From Octopus sinensis (taxonomy: Eukaryota): DNA of 64,000 nt. Both the position numbers and the translations under genes were made by a program. The notes under the pieces are model-generated. The model had not been told where the DNA came from. It did no database searches and saw nothing but the letters and a program-made list of their open reading frames with translations. Shown piece after piece: positions 1 to 12,380 of this stretch (positions are counted from its first letter, which is position 1; each line of letters begins with the position of its first letter). The DNA is taken from positions 62,310,001 through 62,374,000 of the forward strand of contig NC_043002.1 of the NCBI RefSeq assembly GCF_006345805.1. Direction: 5' to 3'.

Positions 1-21
1 TATATATATATATATATATAC

Positions 22-436
22 TCTTTACTCTTTTACTCTTTTACTTGTTTCAGTCATTTGACTGCGGCCATGCTGGAGCACCGCCTTTAGTCGAGCAAAT
101 CGACCCCGGGACTTATTCTTTGTAAGCCCAGTACTTATTCCATCGGTCTCCTTTGCCGAACCGCTAAGTGACGGGGACGTAAACACACCAGCATCGGTTG
201 TCAAGCAATGCTAGGGGGACAAACACAGACACACAAACACACACACACTTACATATATATATATATACATATATACGACAGGCTTCTTTCAGTTTCCGTC
301 TACCAAATCCACTCACAAGGCATTGGTCGGCCCGGCACTATAGCAGAAGACACTTGCCCAAGATGCCACGCAGTGAGACTGAACCCGGAACCATGTGGTT
401 GGGTAGCAAGCTACCTACCACACAGCCACTCCTGCG

Positions 437-438
<2 letters not shown>
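22..438 (-). mobile_element. tRNA-derived SINE, family A, near full length
   Basis: Minus strand begins GGCGCAGGAGTGGCTGTGTGG...GGTTCCGGGTTCAGTC (A/B-box-like head), has an internal (TA)/(CA) microsatellite and ends in (AGTAAAAG)n. Collinear copies at 3225-3560 and 58231-58710. Confidence 0.85.
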
Positions 439-503
<65 letters not shown>

Positions 504-1156
504 ATATCATCGTAATATAAGCATTCACATACATTTATGCACACAGAAATCTGTATTTATTTACATAAAATTCATGTGTTTCTATGCATCTTATAACTGT
601 GTAATCGGGAATAACGCTTCCTCCTATCACCTACAACTTATTCAGTATCTCTTGCTGTCCGCACAGAAACCTCGAATAGTGTGAATCCTAGAAACCTATA
701 AATACTGAAAATGCCTGACGTATACATAGTCTTATACATATGTAATGGGTGTATACATGTGCCTAAACACACCTCTATTTTACCATCGTTCTGGTCTAAC
801 GACCCTCCATGTCTGTCATCGTTCGGTTTCCTTGTATGTCTCCATTGTCCTATTTTTGTTCCCAACTTTTACTCTCCATAAATCCCAAATTATTAATATG
901 GTACTTATGGGAGCAAATGTCTTCGAAGACACATATTATCGTACAAAGCTCGAAATGTGTAATAGACAGACAGGCGACAACTGATGAAGGACTCGTTCTT
1001 TATGTCATTTCTTCTGTTTCCATTCGTTTCTCTTGTTGTTTGCGTATTGAACTCATTTGTTTTCGCATTTCATGTTGTTTACTGTTGGTGACGTCCTGTA
1101 CACATATATGCATATATATCTATGTATGTACGTATGTACGTATGTATGTATGTATG

Positions 1157-1199
<43 letters not shown>

Positions 1200-1241
1200 T
1201 ATTATTTGTGTGTGTGTCGTATATATATATATAATATATAT

Positions 1242-1284
<43 letters not shown>

Positions 1285-1863
1285 AGATACACACACGTGT
1301 GTGTGTGTTTGTGATTTTACTTGGTTGTAAAAGAGTTAATACTGAAGCGAATTAAAATTTGAAATACATAATCTGCTTAACGTACCTTAACACTAACCGA
1401 CCTCTCTGTCGGCAGATTTATATTTATATGTATATTTGTACTTAATAAACTTAATCTTCCATAATACATACAAATGCATACAGTAGGAAAAAGAAAGAAA
1501 CGCACATGTGTCTTTGACATGAAACTACTAACAATATATATTTACTTTCACTTTCCAACACAGAAGCAATTGTTAATACAATGCATATCGACACATTTTA
1601 AAATACACTTAAAACATACATTTTCGTAGACAAGAATTACATAGATACATTAATACAGAGATACATGCCTGCACGTGTTTGTGTATGTGTAGATGTCTAT
1701 GTCTGTATGTATGTATGTATGTATGTATGTATGTATGTATGTATGTATGTATGTTTGTATGTACGTACGTATGTATGTATGTATGTATGTATGTATGTAT
1801 GTATGTATGTATGTATCTATCTATCTATTTATCTATCTATCAATCTATCTATCTATTTATTAC

Positions 1864-2220
1864 GGAGGTGCAATGGCCCAGTGGTTAGGGCAGCTGACTC
1901 GCGGTCGTAGGATTACGGTTGCGATTCCCAGACCGGGTGTTGTGAATGTGTACTGAGGAAAAAGCAGCTAAAGCTCCACGAGACTCCGGCAGGGGTGGGC
2001 TGAACCCTGGTGTATTCTTTCACCACGACTTTCTCTCAGTATCTCTTCCTGTTTCTGTTGTACCTGCATTTCAAAGGGCGAGCCTTGTCACACCCTGTGT
2101 CACACTGAATCTCTCTGAGAACTACATTAAGGGTTCACGAGCATGGGGAGTGCTCAGCCACTTGCAGGCTGTTCCGTTGGTCGGACGAACTGGAACTCCC
2201 GTGGTCGCAAACGACGGAGT
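1864..2220 (+). mobile_element. tRNA-derived SINE, family C (tail type 1)
   Basis: Head GGAGGTGCAATGGCCCAGTGGTTAGGG...GGTTGCGATTCCCAGACC with A/B boxes. Body and tail shared with 28456-28732, 45815-45960 and 60844-61207. Confidence 0.85.
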
Positions 2221-2261
2221 ACTACGATCGATCGATCGATCAATCTATCTATATATCTATC

Positions 2262-3164
2262 TTTCGGGCCAGGGCCCATGGACAACTTCCAGAGATCCCT
2301 GGCCTGGCAGTGCTACCGAGAAGCGCTACCCGTTCGGGATAAGCTCTACAGACACGGCTCGAGAAACACGGGGCCGACCTGCCCGAGATGCGGTCAGAGC
2401 GACGAAACCGTTCTGCACGCACTCGTGCAGTGTCCAACAATTTCCGACCTGTGGGCTTGTGTTGAACAACTGCTGTCACGTGTGGGACGAGTCGGTTTAT
2501 CAGCTGAGTCTATCGTTAATATTGTCACGCCTCCCTCCTTCAAACGGGAAGGAAGAGCTATTTTCATCATCCTTGTGGCTATGGCGAAAGAATGTATCTG
2601 GTGGACGCGTCTGAAAGGATTGGAGACACACTTTCCTCTCTGGTCAATCTCTCATCAACTTCTTCAAGTACCACTTGAAAAGGAAAGTGAGAGTAGAGAG
2701 GCAAGTTTTGTCTAGCGAATGTTTTAAAAAAGATGGGTGAATGTAGCAAGAATGGCACGTATGAATGACGAAGCCACCTTGAGCATGATCCTATGAACCC
2801 AGAAATTGAAAACAGAGAGTTGCTTATTTGCAAAAAAAAAAAAAAAAAGAAATATAACATGTGACTCCATTGACCGAGGTTACCGTGGTCTTTTCCGTAG
2901 GCTTTTCTTTCCACGGGTAAACCTCACCTGTCCTCCCCTTTACACTTCATATTGACATTTCTGTGATAACGATCCCTATTGATCAATTTTTTTTTCCTCT
3001 CCCCCTTTTTTTTTAACCCCCCTTTTTTGTCCTCTTTCTCTCCTTTTACGATCCCTTTTGATCGAAACTCCCCCTTCCTTTTTTTTTTTAAACCTTCAAA
3101 AGAAAAGCTCTACCTTGTAATTTGTTCTATCTGTGTGCAGCCCTGTGTGGCTAATAAAGAAACA

Positions 3165-3165
<1 letters not shown>
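2262..3165 (+). mobile_element. 3' fragment of Tx1/L1-clade LINE (ORF2 C-terminal CCHC zinc-binding region plus 3' UTR)
   Basis: Frame reads LAWQCYREALPVRDKLYRHG...CPRCGQSDETVLHALVQCP...LW, the zf-RVT-type C-terminus of L1/Tx1 ORF2. It is followed by a pyrimidine-rich UTR and AATAAA just before a (TATC)n tract. Confidence 0.75.
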
Positions 3166-3222
<57 letters not shown>

Positions 3223-3224
3223 CA

Positions 3225-3560
3225 TATAGTTACTATTTTACTGTTTTAAATGTTTCAGTAATTTGCCTGCTACCACACTGGAGCACCACCTTTAGTCGAA
3301 CAAATCGACCCCAAGTTTTATTCTTTGTAAACCTAGTACTTATTATATCGGTCTCTTTGGCCGAACCGCTATGTTTTGGTGAAGTAAAGACTCCAGTATC
3401 GGTTATCGATGGTGGGGAGACAAACACAGACACAAAAGCATATTATATATGCATATAGACCCGAGGCTAGAGCAGAATACACTAGCCCAACGTGCTACAC
3501 AGTGTGACTGAACTGGGAACTATGTGGCTGAGCCGCAAGCTTCAACCACACAGCCACGTC
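3225..3560 (-). mobile_element. SINE family A, decayed copy
   Basis: Collinear similarity to 22-438 (ctggagcaccacctttagtcgaacaaatcgacccc...aaccacacagccac). Confidence 0.75.
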
Positions 3561-4035
3561 TGGTCTTAGAGTGTGGCCATGCTGGGGATCCGGCCTTAAG
3601 AATATTTAGTCGAGTTAATCGAAGCCAGTACTAATTTTTTTAACCTGTTAAGTTTGATTGTGTTATGCGGGTAAATATCCACAAAACTCAGCCAGTTTTC
3701 ACGCTGGGCAAAAGGGATAAGCATCTCTCTGGTAAACATCCTTTGATGTTATATGATCTAAAGAAAGGATTCCATGGAGATGGTCTATCCAATGCCCACG
3801 GATACTACGGACTACTCAGTACTCATCCCAGGAATACGGACAGTGATTTCAAGAGAAATCATCCATAGCTTTTGTATTATCCTCTCAAATTACACCAAAA
3901 TCTCAGGCAATAACAAATAATATTGTATTTATTGTCTGTGAAAATTATAGAATATAAAACAACATTGATAAAAAATTATATCTACTTTAATGACGAAAAC
4001 AATGCCGTTCTGAACATTTTGGCCGCCACTGTATG

Positions 4036-4067
<32 letters not shown>

Positions 4068-4444
4068 TATATATATATATATACATATACATATACATAT
4101 ATATATGTATGTATATATATATATATACACACACACACACATATATATATACCTCCCAACAACATCACACCACACCACACTACACCATATAACATTACAC
4201 ATCAAATCACAACACACCACCTACACAGCAGTACTGACCAATTCCCATCCCCACGTTTTCGCACCTATACATACATACAGGCATACGTCCAGACAACCAG
4301 ATCTCTTTCGCACGCACATACATACTCTCTTATACACACACGCACCTCCGTGTTGGGGTCATCTTTACTTTGTTATATCGCCTACTTCTTCGCCCTCCTG
4401 TTTAATCCTTCTGTCCGGCTGTCGCCATGATACATAGGCAGCCA

Positions 4445-4622
4445 CTACACACATTTTTTTCTCTCCTTGTTTTCTCTTGTTTTTTCTGTCCCTTTCTGTA
4501 GAAGAGCGTAGGCTCGAAACGTAAAAGACTTTTTCTTTTCCTGAGCGTTATACTACTACATCTGTTTATTTTGTACACCACCTGTCTTCGTCTTTTGTTT
4601 TTTTTCGTGAACTCTCCCCAAT
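4445..4622 (+). mobile_element. Short PLE-tail-like module with variant hammerhead motif (copy 1 of 3)
   Basis: CTTT-CTGTAGA-A-GAGC-GTAG-GCTC-GAAAC-GTA-AAAG at 4492-4527. The same module occurs at 21985-22130 (+) and 25533-25700 (-), each next to a (TA)n tract. Confidence 0.6.
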
Positions 4623-4657
4623 ATATATACATATATATATATACATACACACACACC

Positions 4658-4780
<123 letters not shown>

Positions 4781-5277
4781 ATCGATAGATAGACAGACAG
4801 GCAGACAGATTGATAGATAGATACATACATACATACATACATACATACATACATACATACATACATACATACATACATACATACATACATACATACATAC
4901 ATACATAAAACTTGCGTGGCGTTCAGTCATATGATAATATAAATTATATATATATATATATATATATGTTTATAGGTGTATGTACAATATATACACTGAA
5001 CAACAAGTCACTTAATTAGTTTAGCTTACATCTCATTCTGAATTTTTCTTACTGTTTACATTTCGCATTTCGAAATATAGAGAAAGACATTTACAAGCAT
5101 GAATAGAAAGACATTGAATGATAAAGAGAAAACCAAACAGAATTAACCTGATAGAAATGGAGGAAAGGTTAAAGCATTGCGAGAGGGTTTTAAGCTGCCA
5201 AGGGAATGAGAAAGGAAAATTTTTGCTCGTAAATTACACCCTAAAATGATTTCAAATTGTTGCCACAAGGGCAACTT

Positions 5278-5665
5278 AGGGGTGGGATAAAATGGATTAC
5301 ATCAACTCCAGTGCGTATCTGGTACTTATTTCATCGACTCCAAAATCGATAAAAGGCATAGTCGATCTCGGCGGAATTTGAACTCAGAGCGTAAATTTGC
5401 AGCATTTGCCTTAAGCATTTCGCTCGACGTACTAACGATTCTGCCAGTTCGGCCATTTGATTCCACACAAATAATCCTTTCTACTAAAAGCACAAGGCTT
5501 GAAATTTGTGGGGAGGGGACTAGTCGATGACATCGACTCCACTGTTTCACTGGTACTTAATTTATCGACCTCGAAAGCATGAAACGCAAAGTCTACCTCG
5601 TCAGAATTAGAACTCAGAACGTAAAGAGGGATGAAACACCTGTAAACGAGCTAACGATTCTGCCA
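5278..5665 (-). mobile_element. SINE family B fragments (two partial copies)
   Basis: Reverse-complement matches to the family B body (atcgacc..gaaagcatgaaacgcaaagtctacctcg; gaatttgaactcagagcgtaa). Confidence 0.65.
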
Positions 5666-7192
5666 TCTATTAATAGATGAGCCTCGTTTTGAATCTACTT
5701 CTTTTTAGATCGCTTCCATTTTTATAGCTGGGACCCAATATAATGTCATATATTAAATAAAGTATAGAAAACTTATAAAAACAGCAGACATTTATTATAT
5801 GCCGAGACGAATATTATTTTATACTGGATTATTTTTAGTCTGTTACAGCTGCACTAGAATTCATTTTATTGAAAGTATAACAAACAAACAAACAACCAAA
5901 CAAATTCAGAAACATGATTTATATTTCATTTTATTTTATTTTATTTCTTATTTTCCCTGAGGCATGTTTGTCACTTTACCGTCTCAACTTCATTTACAAT
6001 GTCTATTACTTGAACTGTTTGAACTAAATACACACAAAAGCACACACAAAGACACATACACACACACAGATACGTACAAGCGTACAGCATACATACAACA
6101 TATATGCGTGTGTGTGTGTGCGTGTGTGCGTGCAAAATATAAAAGGATAAAGCACCCTCCCGAGTTATTACCACACGCGCACACGTACACAGAAAGTTCG
6201 GTACCCCATGGGACTCCTATCGACCTAAACGCATTCAAGGGAAAAGGTATATATATCCCCTCCCTCAAGATGGGAGCAGACGGTGTACTCCAGTACAGTA
6301 TAATTACAGGGGTATTAAAGTAGAGAATGCCAGGAGATCATATCAATAGTCCGATAATCTTGACATATATTTGACTGAAATCCGAGCTTGAGGTGAGATC
6401 ATTGGTTCCCTTCCGCACTTCAAATTGGTTCAGGTACTTTCTCTGCAGGTAATATCGTAAAATATTATCCCTTCGATGGGTGACGTTGACCCCTATCTCG
6501 CTATGTTTATTAATGTTGCGCTTAGTGTTTCATAAAACCTTTTCTACCACTTCCCTGATTCCTAATCAACACTGTCACCTACTCCTCCGTTAAGGTACCA
6601 TGTGTTCCACCACCGACGAATCCAAATGATAACTGACCAAACCCATATTAAGCTTGTGAGATAGGGGGGCTTGTTTCAAGATTTGAATAAGGAGAGCTTG
6701 TGTATAGAAATGCGTTGATTCACGGGGTTGACAATACACTTTTAAGCGTATCCATCACACATTTTGAAACAATATTGGTAAGTATGTACTGGTCACGTTA
6801 AGGGAAAACCGTAGGCGTCCAGCGGATAAACATAGTGCAATAGGGCTTAACTTTAGCTGTAGGTGTTGGTAGGCTCATTAGCTGAGCGTCCCTGAAAGTG
6901 AAGGATCTAGGGTCACACAAATAAGAGAGTCTCCAAGTGCTGTGAACCACTCGATCAGGCAGTCTCTCGCACTAATTCGCGAAGCTGACACGTATCAACT
7001 CTTCGGAGAGGTCTAGTAATCGACGTTGCACGGAAGCTAGCGCACGACATACAAAAACACACACACACGCATACACATACACACACATATATAAATTACG
7101 TATATATATACAACTGTGTGTTTGTGTATACATATGTATTCATGAAAGCCTTGTGAGTTGATTTCGTTGACAAAAACTGAAAGAATCCCGTC

Positions 7193-7225
<33 letters not shown>

Positions 7226-7226
<1 letters not shown>

Positions 7227-7573
7227 CAACAATTGAGGGCAAAATTAATTAATTATTAATCAATTTCACCAAGTGTTCAGTATGCAAAGGGACCATTCAA
7301 GGCGAATTCAAATTATTACATTATATAAAAGGGCTTAGTAAAATAAATTACTTTGCCGCATACTGAACTCATTAGAAATAGCAGCTAAAAAACTTTTTTA
7401 AAAGCTATTTCTAATACTTAAAGAAAATCTCTCTCACTATATATGAGAGAGATTTTCTTTAAGTATTAGAAATAGCTTTTAAAAAAGTTTTTTAGCTGCT
7501 ATTTCTAATGAGTTCAGTATGCGGCAAAGTAATTTATTTTACTAAGCCCTTTTATATAATGTAATAATTTGAA
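7226..7573. repeat. AT-rich element ending in a perfect 130-bp palindrome
   Basis: 7307-7436 is the exact reverse complement of 7444-7573, with a 7-nt loop (CTATATA). The left part is homologous to 41082-41330. Confidence 0.9.
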
Positions 7574-7583
7574 ATATATATAT

Positions 7584-7665
<82 letters not shown>

Positions 7666-8429
7666 ATATATATATAATATATATATATATATACGAGCAA
7701 AACACCCTCCGTCCAATAGACGGTGCTGAGTTGTCAAACATGTAAACCAAATTTTCTCAAAACACTTGTCCGACTGTCCCATAGGCCTCCGTTTGAGAAA
7801 CACTGATTTAACCTAAATTTGAGACACCAGGAAAAGAAGAAATAGAAATAGACTTTTTTCTATTCCAAAGAAAAATAATTTAATTCACACAAATATGCAA
7901 TCGAAAAGTTTAAAGTACCAATAATGATAAGGCTGTTGACTGGGATAACAAAAATATGGTTTAAACGGTAAGTTTGGCAGAAAAGAAACGTGCCTCTAAG
8001 CAGTACAAAGAGAGCAAAAAATGGAAGGTGCAGTTATGTACAGGTTGATGGAAGCAGGGCAAAAATGATACATATAAATGGGTTAGCTACAGGTATATCT
8101 AGATGGAAAAGCATAATGAATTTAAGAGTCCCTCGTCCAAATGCACGTTCCCACGGCTTTATCGATCACGTTCTCACCTGGAATCGATTTTTGTAATTTT
8201 TTCAAGACTTATGCACCCTCTGATACCAAATATATATATATATATTAATAAAAGGAATTCCAACCTTGTCTGATTTTCACGTTTTATTTACAATCTTATA
8301 ATGATATATTATAAGATAATATATTATAATTGAATAAAATAAAATGAAATAGTAGAATGTTAAATGTTCATTCTGATTGAACGACCGGTTTCGAGGTCAA
8401 TGCCTCTTATCAACGCATGGTATATATGC

Positions 8430-8479
<50 letters not shown>

Positions 8480-8815
8480 CATATGTTGTGTGGCCTGTGT
8501 TTGTCCTCCCATCGTCGCTTGAAAACAGATGCTGGTGTGTTTGTGTCCCAGTACTTACCGGTTAATAGAATAAGTACTAGGCTTACAAAGAATATCTCCT
8601 GGGGTTGATTTGTTTATATATATATATATATATATAATATATATATATATTATATATATATATATATATATAATATATATATGCATATGTGTTGTGCCTG
8701 TGTTTGTCCTCCCATCGTCGCTTGAAAACAGATGCTGGTGTGTTTATGTCCCAGTACTTACCGGTTAATAGAATAGTACTAGGCTTACAAGATATCTCCT
8801 GGGGTTGATTTGTTT
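8480..8815 (+). repeat. Two tandem near-identical SINE A fragments separated by (TA)n
   Basis: About 130 bp (cctgtgtttgtcctcccatcgtcgc...ggggttgatttgttta) repeated with a period of about 205 bp and a few small indels. Confidence 0.8.
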
Positions 8816-8818
8816 ATA

Positions 8819-8860
<42 letters not shown>

Positions 8861-8949
8861 TATATAGAAATTCGGGGTGAGTACTTGATAATTATAAGCA
8901 CCTGTGTATACCGTTTAGTGGTGTAGGTGGTGGAGTAAATTGATCAAAA

Positions 8950-10424
8950 TAAAATAAAAACATGATGCGAAGGATTCAGCGGTACATATGTTTCGGGCCT
9001 TATTAGACAGATTATAACATTGCATAATGTATGTCTGTGGCCTTCTTCAGCCGCGCACAACAGCTTCCACAAGGACATGTGTTACATCAAAAATTCTTGG
9101 TCGGGGGGAACTGAAAATGGAAGGGTGGGAAGTGGAGTTTGGCGGTGTGTTCAACATCCGAGTTAGAAATGTGAAAGGGTATAGATATAGGGAATTAAAG
9201 AGACTACATAGGAGGATATGGGTGTAGGAGAAGAAATATTTAGGAAAGAAGTCATATATGGAGACAAAATTTGTATATATAGGAGGAAAATGCAGGGAAC
9301 CGTATATGCACATACACACACCCACACCCACACACACACACGCACATGTACATATATATATATATGTAAACATACGTACACGTGTGTGCACATACATATG
9401 TACACACCACACACATACACAATACACGCACATATAGGAAAGCGGGATGTGCTGGAGCCGACAGGTTGCACCGGGTGGGAGGAAATTGTGTGTATGTGTG
9501 ATGGGCGCGCGTTATAAACTGTGAGTGTGTACGCGTATAATGTCGTGTACACATGCGGATATTCTGTTGTTGTATGTATGTGTGTGTACGCGGTGTGTGT
9601 GGTGCGTGTGTGTTTATGTACGTGTTACACGCGAGTGCGTGTGTATGCTTATATGCTTACCAGCTTGGAGGCGTATATGTACGCGTGTATGTGGGTGTAT
9701 GTATCCATGATGATATGTATGTACTAGAAGTCCATTTAATTCAAGGAACCAGATTAAATGCTCATCAGCTCTGATTTACAACGCATTAGGTCCCCAGACG
9801 AAACTGTTGATTTACTGACAATTCTACAACTAAATTTTATCAATCCTGACCACCATGCTTGGTCCGTAACTCTACACATCCCTTATCTTTACATTCTTTT
9901 ACACTTTTATCATGTTTTATCAGGTTTTTTACTTTTATTTCTATTTCTATTTTTACTTATAACTTATGCCTTTACATTTATTTATATTTCTTTATATTTT
10001 CTTATACCCCCTTTACATCTCCTTACAACTCTTTATATCTTTATGCTCTATATTTTATATTATTCTATACTTACACTTTTTATATATTTTTATCCCTCGT
10101 CCCGAACTCTCGCCCCTCCATCTTCACCTCTCTATATGTATTTATTTATTTACATTACCTCAACATCCAATTTTCCTCATTCTACATTGAGAGAAGAAAG
10201 AGATGGACGCTTCAATTCTATGCTGCTGCCGCATTATGTCGTACGTGAATGAGAGGATTTGCATCCCCAACCAAGAATTTTTGATGTAACACATGTCCTT
10301 GTGGAAGCTGTTGTGCGCGGCTGAAGAAGGCCACAGACATACATTATGCATTGTTATAAATCTGTCTAATAAAGGCCCGAAACATATGTACCGCTGAATC
10401 CTTCGCATCATGTTTTTATTTTAT
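8950..10424. mobile_element. Inverted pair of ~150-bp PLE-pLTR-like repeats, each with a hammerhead motif
   Basis: 8951-9100 and 10271-10424 are near-identical reverse complements. Each contains GCGG-CTGAAGA...GAAAC-ATAT-GTA-CCGC. Confidence 0.7.
10317..10394 (+). ncRNA. Type I hammerhead ribozyme candidate (mirror copy on the minus strand at 8979-9054)
   Basis: Helix I GCGG/CCGC; core CUGAAGA plus an extra A; helix II GGCC...GGCC with a long insert; GAAAC; palindromic helix III ACAUAUGU; cleavage triplet GUA. Confidence 0.6.
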
Positions 10425-10527
10425 ATACATATATATATATATACATGCTTGTGCATGCGTGTGTGTGCATAGAGAGATTGAGGGAGAGATTTAGATAGAT
10501 AGCTAGATAGATAAACAGACAGACAGG

Positions 10528-10637
<110 letters not shown>

Positions 10638-11108
10638 TACAGTTTGGTACGCAGACAGGTGTATTGATTAATTCGTACATATTATGTTGGTAGCTTGATA
10701 GATAGTATCTCTCCTCTAAATAACTACAACCGAATACTAAGTATTTTACTGCAAGGGATAAATGGGAATCATGATTTGCATATTTTTTCTCTGTTTTATT
10801 TTTACAGACGGACTAATTGTATTGAGCTTCAGTAGATCGATAACTGTCACACTATCGTCTTGCCAAAATCTTAACTCTTGTTCTCTGTCCAGTTCTCTAC
10901 GCATGCTGAATGTAAAAAAACAAGTTATCTCTTCTTTATCATGCTTAAATCAAAATAGTGATTTACATATTTTCATAGTTGATCAAATCTCGAGGCAATC
11001 TACTCAAAACACACACCACGCACTACACACAAACACACAAGCGCATATACACACACTCACATATATGTATGTTTAAATTAATATATAAAAAAATAAATGC
11101 GCTCTTTT

Positions 11109-11339
11109 TAAAGCCTAGCCAGGCTCATGGGCGCGGTTTCCCGGTTTCAATGGCGTATGTGTTCCCCAGCTGCATAGGACGCCAGTCCATCGCAATGTTA
11201 CTCATTTTTGCTAGCTGAGTGGAGCAACGGGAAATGAAGTGTTTTGCTCAAGAACACAACGTGTCGCCTGGTCTAGGAGTCGAAACCACAATCTTATGAT
11301 CTTGATGCTGTCACCCTAACCACTAAGCCACGCGCCTCC
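11109..11339 (-). mobile_element. tRNA-derived SINE, family D
   Basis: Minus strand GGAGGCGCGTGGCTTAGTGGTTAGGG...GGTTTCGACTCC head, then gtgttcttgagcaaaacacttcatttc...ctcagctagcaaaaatgagta. A related fragment lies at 45960-46082. Confidence 0.8.
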
Positions 11340-11539
11340 GCAAATTAGTATATACTTATATAAATATACATAGAGAAATGAGCTAGTGTGTTCTTTTATG
11401 GACCTTGAATGTGCAGTCGATTTCCTGGGTGAGTGAATTTGGTAGAAGGAAACGTTGCAGAATCCCGTCGGATCTATATCGGTGCATGTTGTCTTTCTGT
11501 TCGTCGTCTCTCTACAGTATGATTTTCTTATGTCCCAAA

Positions 11540-11910
11540 ACGTAGCGGTTCGGTCAAAGAAAATGATAGACCAAATGACAGGTATTCTACTTTAACCTCG
11601 GACGGACCAAAACCATGTGAGTGGATTTGGTAAATGGACACATATATATATATGTGTGTTTGTGTGTGTGCGGCGTGTGCGTGTATGTATGTATATATGT
11701 ATAGGTTTGCCTGTGATCGTCCCTTCACGATCGATTTAAAACCGATGTTGGTGTGTTTAAGCTCTCGTAACTTAGCGGTTCGGCAACTGATACAATAAGT
11801 ACTAGGCTTACAAAGAATAAGTCCTGGGGTCGATTCGTTCGAATGAACAGCGGCGCTCCAGCATAGCTGCAGTCAAATAACTGAAACAAATTAAAGAATA
11901 AAAGAGAAGA
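11540..11910. mobile_element. SINE A fragments
   Basis: Matches to the family A middle (gtgagtggatttggtaaatgga) and 3' part (gcggcgctccagcatagctgcagtcaaataactgaaac). Confidence 0.6.
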
Positions 11911-12380
11911 ATAATATATGTGTGTGACTGTGTTTGTGTTTGTGTGTGTGTGTGTGTGCTTGTGCGTGGGTGTTTATGCGTATGTGTGCGTAACTCCATT
12001 TCGCTTTACATCTCATATGTGTTCAGAATTCTGGCCGATAAATGTCATACGCATCTATTTTGATAATCCAGTGTAAGTTTGGCATAATACCATTCCACTA
12101 TAGTGAATTGGCATGCATCTCAAATTCAGCGGATTCTGTCAAATTTTAAGCAAATTTTATAGTTTAGTCGAAATATGTCTGCGTCGTGTTTTATCTTTTT
12201 AAGCAAACTGTATTGCAGTTATTGTGATTAAAAATTATCGGTGATGGCAAAAGAGCATTTTCTGCTCAGTGTATCGAAAAAAATGTCTCCTAGAGGCTTT
12301 CGATTTCTATTAAGATTTGCTGAACGATGCTCGCAACTTTATTCGCCACTATCAGTCAGCAATAAGAATAACCAACAAAA

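Noticed and set aside
6400-6850. Possible DIRS/gypsy-like RT remnant on the minus strand (FKM, MDTLKSVL, YGFGQLSFG strings)
   Set aside because: Motif spacing is inconsistent and many stops or frameshifts must be assumed; it needs a profile-HMM search.
9733-9768. Minus-strand CUGAUGAG followed by a perfect 8-bp stem
   Set aside because: The required CGAAA half of the core is absent, so at most a truncated HHR.
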